Origin: Lama glama
Taxonomy: Eukaryota
Length of the DNA: 64,000 nt
Direction: 5' to 3'
NCBI GenBank assembly: GCA_028534125.1
Contig: CM052818.1
Coordinates: 12,340,001 to 12,404,000 of the forward strand
Part shown: in pieces, positions 39,191 through 50,910 of the stretch
Numbering within the stretch: position 1 is the first letter of the stretch
Layout of the letters: every line of letters starts with the position of its first letter
Notes under the pieces: model-generated
Seen by the model: the letters and a program-made list of their open reading frames with translations, nothing else
The model's database searches: none
What the model was told of the DNA's origin: nothing
Made by a program: the position numbers and the translations under genes

Positions 39191-39335
39191 TACTAGAATT
39201 TTTTCTAATACACAGATATAAAACACACACACAGTTAAAAATAACTACTAGAATGTATAGATTGTGGCATGCCATTGTATCTATGTGTGTGTTTTATATC
39301 TGCGTATTAGAAAAAATTCTAGTAGTTATTTTTAA
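39191..39335. repeat. Compound inverted repeat (41-bp arms plus a nested 20-bp arm)
   Basis: 39191-39231 is the reverse complement of 39284-39324 (1 mismatch); 39235-39254 is the exact reverse complement of 39316-39335. Confidence 0.95.
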
Positions 39336-40584
39336 AATAAAATTAATGTAATAAAAATATAGAGCACAGAATATATTTTTACTTTTGATCTCAGTAAAAT
39401 TTCAAAATTCAGCAAGGTACCATTCTCTTTCTAATGCTGTCACAGTGAATTCATAGCCGGAAAAATGTTTTTGTTCAGGCTGAAAAACCTAAACAGATAG
39501 GTAACATAAGTACCTTTAACTGACTTTTCCAGTTTTTGCATTAGATATATAGACAGTATGTCTTGGTGTCACTTTTTGCGTAACAGCATATATTTGTAAA
39601 AATAAACAGTGGGTTACATGAGTACCTAAAACATTTGTAATTGAGAAGACAGATAATAAACATTGCCTTATGTATGTTTTCCTTCGAATTTTGAGCCTCG
39701 TGTATTTGTAAAGTAGAGGCGGCTCCCATTTGACATTTTGTAGTTTTTCAGAAAAGCCATCATCAGCGCCTATCAGTTACAGTAGGCCTGTGATGAATGC
39801 ATATCTGAGACAATTGCCTTATCTTCAGAAAGTATAGCACCTGTAAATGGGTTCTGAGGATCCCACCTAGTGAATATTGTCTTTTAGCTGTACCTGTAAT
39901 AAAGAAAAAGGAATTCAATTTTTGATACCCCTTTTTATCCTAAAATACCCCCAAGTGTGTAACATAATGTCGTAAATCAAAAAGCTTCCCTTGCCATGCT
40001 CACATAAGGTTGCCCAGTTTTATGTGATTTTCCCCAGTCTAAGTAAGAGGCTCCTTTTTCAAAGACACATTCCGCTCACTACTATGTTACCTATAATGCG
40101 TTGTCACCATGTGACAGATTACAGCCAGCATAAACTTATGCTAACACACTTATGCTAAATTGTTCTGCTTTGATAACAACAGTTGGTAATCAGAATAGCT
40201 TCTGCCCCATCCAAAGAAAAAGTGAGATCTCTACTTGGGAGTTTGAGCCGTCAGTAAATACAAGTAACCAGGTTTCACTCAATGTTTGATGTAAAGTTGA
40301 ACTGAGCAAAACTTAAGGAACCAGTACATTAAAACGACCTGTTGCCGCTGCCTGCCCAAGAGTCCCATAGTCTCAGCAGTGAAATTATAGTCTTACCCCA
40401 CATCCTTTTTCAACAAGATGATTTTGATACCCGGCCAATTTCAGAGGGCAAATTGAAGGTTGACTTGTTTCCTTCTTTCAAGGGCTGATTTCCAAGCTCC
40501 AGATGTGTGTCAAGGCTTAGTTTGTTGTAGATGGAACCGTTTCCTCAAATGTGGGATTTGAGGAATACAAAGGGAAACTGATCA

Positions 40585-40740
40585 GCTCTGGAGTCACAAA
40601 GGCCTTAGTTCAACCCTGGTTCAGAGCCTCCTTGTCGGAACTGAAACAAGTTACTCTCTTCCCTGGTTCTGTTTCTTCATGGGTAAAATAGGCCTAAGAA
40701 TTTCTTATTTACAGTGTATTACCTAGATTTAGAGTTTGGC
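40585..40740 (+). mobile_element. MIR SINE fragment
   Basis: gctctggagtcacaaaggccttagttcaaccctgg...caagttact...tctgtttcttcatgggtaaaatagg. Confidence 0.65.
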
Positions 40741-43700
40741 CTATTACATATTGTAGATACTTAAAAATATACCCATGATACCCATTTCTTTGTCAAATGC
40801 AAGAGAATATATCTTCCAAAGTAAATGTAGGAAATAGATGTGATTTGAAAATCCCCTAGATGACTGTATATGATCCCAATGCTCCTGAAGACTGGATACC
40901 TTAGGCTTTTCATCAGGAAAAGCAAGGCTTCCAGGTACTCATGACCAAGCAACTAAACAAATCCGTCTCATGGATACCAGTCACCAAAACATTAAATTGA
41001 AATTAGCTGTTATTAATCACTGGTACCTTGTTTGTTTAAATTAATTAAAAATTTGTTTACTACTTATATCCATTATTTTTATAAAATGTCTGACTATGAT
41101 TCATTTAAATGCCACCCAATGCTTATAAAAGGAAGCTGCATGAGTCTTTTTTCTCAGACGAGTATTTAGAAGTGAAGTACTTACTTCTTATGTAAAGAAC
41201 GGATTTATTGTTTTCACTATAAGGAAACCCTTAGCATTGGAAGATGTAAATTTACAGAAAGTGGGATTTCTAAAAGCAAAGAGTCACTGGATGGGACAGA
41301 CTGCATATTGACATTATGCTAATTAGAGACTTGAATCACCGACACCTGCGTTGCTTAGTGCGACACAATGCAGCATCAAGGTCTCTGTCCTTTTGTTGAT
41401 TTAAAATGTTATCCTTGAAATATCAATGTTATAAATATTAATAAAAATACTAAGAGCTTGGCAAGTGGATTCTAAGAAGACTAATGACTTCCAGTTAAAT
41501 ATCAAGTCATATTCTAACGTACTTTTTACTGGGCAGCAAAGATGGAACAAAGCTCTAAGCCCTTCGTAAAGGTCTTACCAACCATTTACTTGAGACAGAA
41601 ATTCCATCAACTAGTTGTTTGACCTAAATAGATTGATTGTTTCTGGGTGAATTAATCAGCCTTTGATTATCATCCCTCAATACCAAAAACTAGTCTGGCT
41701 GATTTTTTTTGACTCCTTAATTGGTTTTCTGTCCAGTTGGGGCACATGTACACAAATAAATAAACTTACACAACTGTTTGTGTGAGCCAATATCAAGTCA
41801 TTTCACTCCCAGGTGGTCTGATGTATGTCAATATAGATGCATCTCAGAAACACAGCATTGAATAATTGAAGTAGGGTGCATAAGGATATGTCGAGTCAAA
41901 TATCATTTTACTGTCCATTTGTCAGAACTATACTATATGTTGTTAATGGATGCAGTTTATGTCAATTAAAATTGGAAAGTGAATAGAAAGGGTGCATATT
42001 GAGTGTGCAAGACTTGTGCCTAAGAAATGGTTGAAAGAGTAGGATGGACAACAAGAGGGCAAAAAACAAGAGGCCGTGTTGTGATCAATAATGACAGTAT
42101 GCCAGAAAGTGTATAGTGTGTGTGATCAGAGTAATCCTATATTAGCATGTAAAAGCTAAAGTGTTTGTAGTTTATCTTTGTATTAGAGTATGTATAGAAA
42201 CTGACTTGAACTTCTTTAGCATTTAGAATGACTTGGGGTGTCATTCTATTTCCCCTATGCCAAGTTGAATGTTGAAATGGTAGGTAGGCCTCTTGAAGAA
42301 TGTATCGCCCTTCCAGTTGTTCCTCAAAAGTCCTTTTTATGTGAACTGACTGCCAGGCCAAGTTATACTGCACACTCCAGCTAATCTGAGTGTCTATGCC
42401 AGTGAGGAATGTTTTCTTACTTCATTAAAATGTGTGCTGTAAATACTTTCCACCACTGATAGGTTTTGGATAAAATTCCATAGTTAGGACATTATCCATT
42501 TAGCTTCATTATTAAAACAATAGTTAATGGAACTTATTTTACCAGGAAAACAGAAGATAATACAGAGAACATTGTGCCCCTCATATTTTAGGACTATATA
42601 AGGGAATTAAACACATACAGTACTCCAGAAGGACTGTAGAGAGTTAGTGTCATTAGAAACTCCATAAATGAATACAAATCCATTTAAGATTATTCACATC
42701 CTAATTTGCTGCAAAATTAGGATATTTCAACAGTGCAACTTGAACGTCAACCTGACTTTGTCCATATTTACGTTCTGAACCATACAGTGTTTCAGTGATT
42801 ACATTAAACTATTTGTATATGATATATATTTTATTCTGTAGCTTTTTGTATGAAATAAGTAACTTTTAAGGGCTATTTTTACCCTTTAAGCTGGCTGTTT
42901 TTAATACAGTACAAAAATGTAATGAAACTATAGTCTGTTCATGCAGATCATTTTTCCCGTATGATCAATCAAACCAAGGAAGAGAAAATTCTCTATAGTC
43001 AACAAAATATACAGTTCATGTCTCTGTTTCTTCTCAAGTACCTCAGATCTGCATTTGAGGATGGCCTAAAACCCCACTAACAGACTTTAAGAAAGAAAAA
43101 AAATAACAGCATGAGTAAAAAATTGTAAATAATTACCCATTTCTATAGCAAAGTTCAAACTTCTCTCTTGAAACAGTGAAACAACTCAAGTATCAACATT
43201 AAGGAATGTCCTTGTTTAGAGATAATTAATGGCTTTGTACGTTTCTCGCTGTTTATTATGCACAGTCAAATAGGAAAGGAAAATGTTAAAAGCACAAAGG
43301 CTAAAGCTGAAATGTGTACAGCAGATTTATATGTGTTCAGTTTTTGTTTTGAGAAAGCGCTCACTTTAATTTCACACATTATTTCTATTATGCAAAACAA
43401 AGGAAAAAAACATTTGTTACTCATTCAGAAGCTGTGAGCATTTCTTAAGGAGAAGCTTTAAGTTGTGTCCAATCTATAGAAGCATCTTCTACTTTATATA
43501 CTCAAATGACTCAGTTCGTTTTACATTTCAAACTTTAAGGTGGGTAGGTAATTAAGGAATGTTTGTCACTGATGACCCGATAGCCACAAAACCCAGCAAT
43601 ACATAGTAGTGCTCAAATGTTCTAAAATGTATTAATGTAAACAGAATGCTAGGAAATGGTGTACAATATAGGGAAAAGATTAACATTATCGTTGCTTCAG

Positions 43701-44409
43701 TGGTTGATGATAGCAATTGACTAGTGAAATCGTTTGCACAAAACTGCGTTCCCGAATGCAATTTCAGTAATCTGGAACTGTATGTTCTGAGAAATGTGGG
43801 AGAATGTAGGAAATTGTTGCACAAACTGCTTTGACTAAACTAGACATTGTGATGAAGTACAGTCTTCTCAAGTAAACAGTTATTATGTTAAGAACGGTGC
43901 AGCAATCACACAATTTAAGTCTTTTGCCTTGCCAGCTCTAATTTTCCTTCCCTGCCCTTCCCTGGGATTGATGCCTTCCCGCCTCCACATCTTACAAGGA
44001 TGGGTAAGGGGCCGGTACATATAGGAATAAAAATGTATATAGAAAATATTACTTCTTAGAGAGCAGCTAAATGTTAGTTAGGCCTAATTTCTTTACCTTG
44101 TCCAAAGACTATTAATGAACACTGCATCCAGGTGAGACTTCTCCGTTGACTAAAAATATCTCTGTGACAGAAACCATACTGTGGAGCAGATAACAGCCCA
44201 TGAATCACCTTTTGAAACAAGCCAGGAGGGAAAATTATCACAGAACCCACCTGATAATTCCTAAATAACCCTCAGGACGCTATGCATCAGGCTAAACATA
44301 CTTCACCAAACACCTACCCTGGGTCCTCTCCTCGAGCTCTCACTTCTCCCAGTCTTTCAGCTCTACACTGAATGGATCTCAAAATTTACTCACTCTAACG
44401 CAGTCAAGG

Positions 44410-44815
44410 GTTAACTGCAAAAAAATATGTGTATATTTTAAAATATCATCAGATATCTTATGAATCCCAAAACAGTAGTTTTATTTCACCTCAGTAGCCA
44501 CCAATTTTCCTTAAAATAGTTTGGAGTTCCTAGGACTTATCATACATTCTTTTAATTATCTTTAGTGGTGGTACGATTTTATTCTTGAGAACAGAATTTA
44601 TTTTGCGGTGAAGCCTTATAGATTAGATAGACGTTGAAGCGTTGTGGTATCCTTCTGATTTAAGTGGGAAAAAAAAAAGAATAGTTATGAGTTTATCTTG
44701 CAGCTTAGAAACTAGTCCTAAAGGTAGTTCCCAAAGAGGTTTACAAAACATTTTGAGTAATAGAAACGTTTTGGAACAAATCTGTGGCCTGAAAATGTGT
44801 CTACTCTGAAAACCA
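44410..44815. mobile_element. MARNA-like Tc1/mariner DNA transposon remnant
   Basis: gttttatttcacctcagtagccacc...tttagtggtggt, and ttcccaaagaggtttacaaaacattttgagtaatagaaacgttttggaacaaat...ctactctgaa, which resembles a mariner transposase C-terminus (PKEEFQKCFEQWxxRWNKC...YFE). Confidence 0.6.
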
Positions 44816-45059
44816 AGATGGTGTTCTTGTCTTTAGAACCCTTGCCTGGTGCTTTCAAGTTTCTCTATTAGAAAATTTCCATAACCTAGGGGTTGAGTTT
44901 ATCACCTGAAAGGTAATGTGGATTCTCTACCTGTTAAACAGGGATATCCAGATGATGTCCCTGGCATTTGAGAAACCATTGAAGCATGTCACATCGATTG
45001 CTACTGGGAAAGAATGAATACACTCAGCAATTCATTATTTTAAAAATCTTACTAATTTT

Positions 45060-45280
45060 TAGCATAAAGTCAGATTTCTTGAGTACAAATTTCAATTCTG
45101 TTATTTCTTAACCATGTGACTTTTGGGCACTTTACTACGATGTTCTTGACCTTATTTTCTTTACCTATAAAATGGGAAAAATAATTACAACTGTTTTGTA
45201 AGACCGTGATGAGAAACAAATGTATTAATTCATATAAAGTATTCAGTCCTGGCACATAAAATGCATTAATAAATGTTCGA
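45060..45280 (+). mobile_element. MIR SINE
   Basis: ccatgtgacttttgggca...ctataaaatggg...cctggcacataaaatgcattaataaatgtt. Confidence 0.75.
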
Positions 45281-46279
45281 TAGGCTTGTTGACTTTATGG
45301 TGATATTTTGTTACAGTGATATATAAATGTTATGATTTAAAGTATTATTCTTCCTGCTTGGCTTTTCATCTTAATAAGATAATAACATTTTTAACTAAAA
45401 TAAGCAAATAGGTAAAATTCAGACTCAGTAAAGACTCAATGAAAGACTGCGAAATATTAAAGCAAAATATTTGAAGCAAAAATATCCATTTCAACCAAGC
45501 TTTTTATTTATATTATTTAAGGCTTACCTCTAGTGAAATTATTTGCTATCATTTACTGCTTTGGTTATTGCTCATCTGAAAACCTCTCACATAACTGAGG
45601 GTCACTCTTCCAAATCAATATGAAGGAGCACAGTTTTTAAAGTATATTTTTAAGCATATTTTTTCACACTTTTTTCAGGTCTATAAATCCTATCATGTAT
45701 GCAACTTAAAAATAATTTTTAAAACGTATTGCTCTGTAACAAATATTTTATTCATAGATTGATTTCAATTAGAAGAATTCAAAGTATAACAATCTAAATA
45801 TTTTATTTAAAAGATACATTATGTATTTATTGGATGTGATGAGTATTAAACATTTAAAATTTGTCACGTAGATCTCATAACGCAATTGATAAGAGAAGAA
45901 ATGGCAAGAAAAACATCTAATCTTACAAGCTAGAAAGGGAAGTTTTGTAACCAGTTAGACTTCTAGGTGTGCTATTACCTAAGCTTCTTGGTGCACCCAG
46001 GCTTTTCAAATGAAAATATGACCCAAATAATTCCTGAAGAAATGTAAAAGGACTGCATGTTTTTAAAGGGTGTATTCTCTAATTAAGTATAGGGATTTTT
46101 TTTTGTTCCTTTCTGAATAGACATGACTAGTTTAAAGGATGGGAAGAGATGTTTGATATTTAAAATAAAAAGATTGTGTGAGGGGATTTTTTTGAAAATT
46201 AATAGCAAAATAGATTTTCCAGATCATCACTTGACTTGGTGATATCTGTGAATGATTACAAACACAGAAGACAGAAATA

Positions 46280-46720
46280 TGTTGTTTTAGCTTGGGTTTC
46301 CCTCAAAGTGGAGACTGAAGCAGAGGCCTTGTGTGCTGCTACTTTATTGGAGAGTGTAATCCTAGGGAGCAGGAGTGAGGGACGAGGCAGTGAAACAGGA
46401 AAGGAGGGAAGACAAAATGATGATGCCTTATCTAGTTGACCACTCCCAAGTGCGACAGATCGCTTAATCCCACAGCAAAGTTCTCCAAGGAGCCACAGAT
46501 GCTGTCTCAGGACAATCCATCAGGGGAGAAAAGGGGGAATCATTTGTCAAATGGCTTCCTTCTCTTATGGGTTCAAGATTCACCCAAGAGTGTAACACCT
46601 TGCATGCTTGGTTCCCAGGACAGAGAATGTAAGGCTTATGATAATGGTGTAATGATCTGAGGTAAAGCACTCTCAGAATGTGCATGCATGACATGGCTGG
46701 GCCAAAAGACAGGTGAGGCC
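46280..46720 (-). mobile_element. ERVL LTR (LTR33-like)
   Basis: ttagcttgggtttccctcaaagtggagactgaag...ctttattggagagtgtaatcctaggga...gtgaaacaggaaaggaggga. Confidence 0.65.
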
Positions 46721-47329
46721 TTTTATTTCTGAATTATAATGAATTCAGAGGAAAAGGCATCAACCATATTTTTGCAAGCCAGGGATAACTACTTGATAAC
46801 TTTTTAATGTATTTTCTCTCCATCACTTTTTCTTATGCCCAGTTTGAATTCACTTTATATAAATATGATCTCTTCCAGCTAGTTTAGAGTTTGGCGTTAA
46901 ATAATTGAAGCTCAATGGTAAAGAAGTAGATTTATCGCACATAACTTGAAGTTTAAGGTCAGGCATATGAGGACTAGACAGCAAACTCATCTATGCCACT
47001 AAAGAACTGGGCTCCTTCTGTCCCTGCTCCACATTCCTTATGGATGGCTGTTCCCCCTTGATGACTTTTTAGTCGAAAAAAGACAAAGTGGAAAAGACAA
47101 GCCATGCATAATTCTGTGTATGTGTTTTTTTGACAAAGCTAAGCTACGTGAGATAATTGAAAGCATCTGCCACCTGAATATATTTTACATTTATTTTTAA
47201 ATTGACATTATGAAAAAACTACTCTAATGATATCTTGAAATGCACCTTCTTTAAGAGTTGGATTCAAATATTAGTGCCCAAGGAAAAATTTCTTGTAGTC
47301 AGGTCACTCTTAAATTGATTTTGCATTCT

Positions 47330-48005
47330 AAAATTAATTAGTGTAATTCAACATATTAACTAAAAGGGAAAAAATAGTATGATCATCTCAATATATGCAG
47401 AAAATGTATTTGATAGAATCCAATACCCAGTCATAGTTTTAAAAATCTCAACCAACTAGAAATAAAAGGAAATTTCTTTAATATGATAAACACTATCAAA
47501 TTCAAAAAGCTATAGTTAATATCATATTTGATAGTAAAATACTGAATACTTTCTCCCTGAATTTGGGTACAGAATAAGTATGGCCACCATTGTAAGTTAT
47601 ACTTAACTTTGTACTAAACATCTTAGTGCAATAAGACAAAAAAGAAATAAAAGTTACAAAGAAAGAAATAAAACTGTGATTTTGGTTAACATGATTATGT
47701 ACATATAAAATCCTAAGACTATACAAACTATTGCAGTTAATAAGTTAATTTAGTAAAGTTTTCTAGAATCAAGGTTAATATACAGAAATCTATGATAATT
47801 TTTTAGACTAACCAAACATTAGATAATGAAATTTTAAAAAATACCATTTACAACAGCATCAGAAAGTATTTAACTGTTACAAATAAACCTAATGTAAGGT
47901 ATGCAAATCCTTTACACTGAAAACCTCAAAACATTGCTGAGAGAAATTAAAGACTTAATAAATAGCTATACCATGTTCTAGAGTTAGAAGACTCAATATT
48001 GTAAT
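47330..48005 (+). mobile_element. L1 ORF2 (RT region) fragment, old L1M
   Basis: atgatcatctcaatatatgcagaaaatgtatttgatagaatccaataccc...atgattatgtacatataaaatcctaa...aaaacattgctgagagaaattaaag...gaagactcaatattg. Confidence 0.85.
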
Positions 48006-48419
48006 TTTCCTGGTTGAGAGTTTACTCTCTCATTTTCTTTCCTGTACTTCTTATCTTTTTTTTTTACTTCATCCTTGTTTTTGTAAGTAAGCAACATTTC
48101 ATCAGAACCTCATGAAAACTGTCTCATGCAGCATTTTCCTTCATGAAAGTATATTTATGGATCTTTGATCCCATCAGTAAATTTATAGCATGTCGATCGA
48201 TGCAGTTTTAAAAAATGATAGTGTGTCTCCCAGGCCAGCATACAAAATCCTGTTTAATTCATAATATAATTTATACATTTTATTTTACAATAAAATTTGG
48301 GGAAAGAGATTTGTTCTAATTCTTCTAATAAAACAAAAGATCAAAATATAATGAGGACTTTTATTAAAACTTTTTGAGCTGGAGGAAATTAGATTTAATG
48401 AAATGAGGATGAGAAAAAG

Positions 48420-48630
48420 CTACAAATGACTGAGTGCTCCTTGTGTGCCAGGCACCTTGTGAGTATTGTACAGAGAATTCTAAGCCTTACCTGTAAGGTA
48501 CACATTATTCCCATTTTGCAGGTAAGGAATGCTGAATCTCAACAAGTTTAAGTTATCTAGAGTCAAATAGCTGGGAAAAAAAATCCAAACATGACTCTTC
48601 ACTGAATGTGACCAGTCCTACAACCCATAT
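48420..48630 (-). mobile_element. MIR SINE
   Basis: ctgagtgctccttgtgtgccaggcac...attattcccattttgcaggtaaggaa. Confidence 0.7.
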
Positions 48631-49154
48631 TGTCTCCCCTGTGCCTTGCTGTGAGGGGTCAGAGGAAATTTCAGTTCACTTTCAAGGACTTCATGCCCCA
48701 TATCTTTCCAGATTTCCTAAAGGGAAAGAACTCTTGAGATAACTTTTTCCCCTCAGAGTCGTTGCTTTACAATTGAGAAAACTAAGGGGAAGAGAATTTG
48801 AGGGGCTCTCTACTTATGGGCAGGCCAATCCCAAATTCTGTTTCCTTAGAGTCTGATGGCTGCCTTCCTATTCCTATTGCTGATGACAAAATTCAAATCC
48901 TCCTTATCTCTTGCCTACACGACTGCAGTAACATCCTCACTGGCCTCTCTGCCTCCAGCTTATTATTATAGATACTGCTGCTTGAATAAACTTCTTAAAC
49001 ACAAAACTTTTTACACTAAAATGGCATAATAATAGGATTGTGAGGATTAAAAGAGATAAAATATGTAAAAGCATAGGACTAAGCACTGAGCACTAATTAA
49101 ATACTTGCCATTAACATTTTTCCATAAATGACTTTCCATTGTTCAAAAAATGCT

Positions 49155-49620
49155 TTCCTTAGCTTGAGTTTCCTAGAAGCAGACTGTGGGAAGAGGTTTC
49201 ATGTGCAGGCGATTACCTAAGGAAATGCTCCCTGGAGAAATTGGCCATGAAGTGTAGGAAACGGGACATGGATAGGGGAAGATCCAAGCAAAGGCATGGA
49301 TGAGTTCAGGTGACATCTCAACGTCAACTGGATGTCACAGGAGCTCTGAAGTATACATTACACCTCAAAGTTTATTCTATCTTGAGGCAGGGGAGATGGG
49401 CTGGCTTTATATTCCTGGTCAGTCATTGGCTATGTGACATCCTGGGAGCGACAAACTCCCGGTATTTCTGGCCCTTGTCCTGTACAGTCAAAGTCCCTAA
49501 CAGAACCCAAGAGACATCCTCAGAAAAAAGGTTTCAGGTGCAAGCCAAAGCATGCAGGCTAGGGCACGGGTGCACAGAACCGGGAGGAGGAGGGGCAGAC
49601 CGCCAACAATGTCCAGGACC
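49155..49620 (-). mobile_element. ERVL LTR (LTR33/LTR16 group)
   Basis: cttagcttgagtttcctagaagcagactgtggga...ggagctctgaagtatac...cagtcattggct. Confidence 0.65.
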
Positions 49621-49679
49621 TTTCTCAGTATCACACTTGCAATCTTCCTACCTATTTAAGGCCTGTTTTCCAGCCAAGC

Positions 49680-50910
49680 CACACAATCCATTCCTTCACA
49701 CAGTCAGTCAGCACATGCCAGGCGCTGCTCTAGATGCTGAGAAAATAACAGTAAACATGTTTTCTCTCTTATTGAGCCCAGATTCTCTTGGGGGAGGTAA
49801 ATAATAAACACTAAGCAAACACATATAATCTCACCTGATAGCAGGTAAGGATACATGTGACAAAGAAAAGTAAAGCAGAGTAAGAGGACAGAGTGCCAGG
49901 GCTTTTTTGCTTTTTGTCCTTGTTTTGGTTTAGATGGGGTGATCAGGAAAGACCTCTCCAAGGAGGTGATATCTTAACAAAGACATAGGTGTGGTGCAGA
50001 AGTAAACGAGACTCATATTTAGCAAAAGAGAATTCTTCTCACCAAGGGGAGAGAAGAGCCGTGGACAAGGCCTGAGGTGGAAGGTGCCTTGCTTCTTTTG
50101 TGGAACCACACGGAGGCCTGGATGACTGGGGCCTGGTGGGTGATGGAAGGTAGTAAGAGGTAAGGTGAGAGCCAGACACCACATGTAAAGGTCTAGGAAA
50201 CTACAGTCATGGCACAGACTTTAGATTTTGTTCTAACCGTGGTGAGAAGTCACCAAAAGCCTTTGACCAGATGAGTGACTTATAAACCTTATGTCTCCGA
50301 GTATATCAAGTATTTATTGCTATTTCAGAAAACTATCAGAATACTTAGTAACCAGCAGTAAAACAACCACCACTAGTTTGCTCAGAGTTCTGTGTGTTGG
50401 CCACTTGAGCTCAGCTGGACCTCTTGACTCTGCTCCAGGGTGGTTGCTGAGCTCACTCATACTTAGGTGGTGGGTTGACAGTCAGCTGGGGCCTGGCTGG
50501 TTTTGCAAGGCCACCCTCCGAGGTCTGACAGTTGGCTAAGGCTGAGAGCTTGGTGGGGGTGGGGCTTGGTTCTCCTCCACTGGTCCCTTTCCATGGATAC
50601 CTTCATGTAGCTTTCCTCACAAGGCATGTGGAGCAGATCCGAGCAGGAAGATCTAAAAGTCAGTTATGGATATGTTAAGTTGAAAATATCCCTTAGCTGT
50701 ACGGGAGTATTGTGTGGGCATTTGGTATGTAAGTATGGATTTTAAGTGAGAGGTCAAGGCACACATTTAGCTGCTATTTGAAGTCAGTGAATTGGGTGAG
50801 GCCACATAGTGAGTGAATACAGAAAAAGGATAGAATGGATTCACGCCTTAGTGGTTCTTAGGGTGGGACGAGAAGAGGATTCAGCAAAGGAGACTGGGAA
50901 GAAGCAGGGA
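49680..50910 (-). mobile_element. LINE L2, split by an MLT1 LTR
   Basis: cacatgccaggcgctgctctagatgctga...gatcaggaaagacctctccaaggaggtgatat...aaggcctgaggtggaagg...; resumes at ttatggatatgttaagttgaaa...gcaaaggagactgggaagaag. Confidence 0.8.
50300..50650 (-). mobile_element. MaLR LTR (MLT1) fragment nested in L2
   Basis: tttattgct...acttagt...aaaacaaccaccactagtttgctcagagttctgtg...gctcagctgg...ttcctcacaaggcatg. Confidence 0.65.

Noticed and set aside
49310..49804. Longest ORF (164 aa), and the 159-aa ORF at 25689-26168
   Set aside because: Both run through LTR/L2 remnants and show no recognisable protein features.
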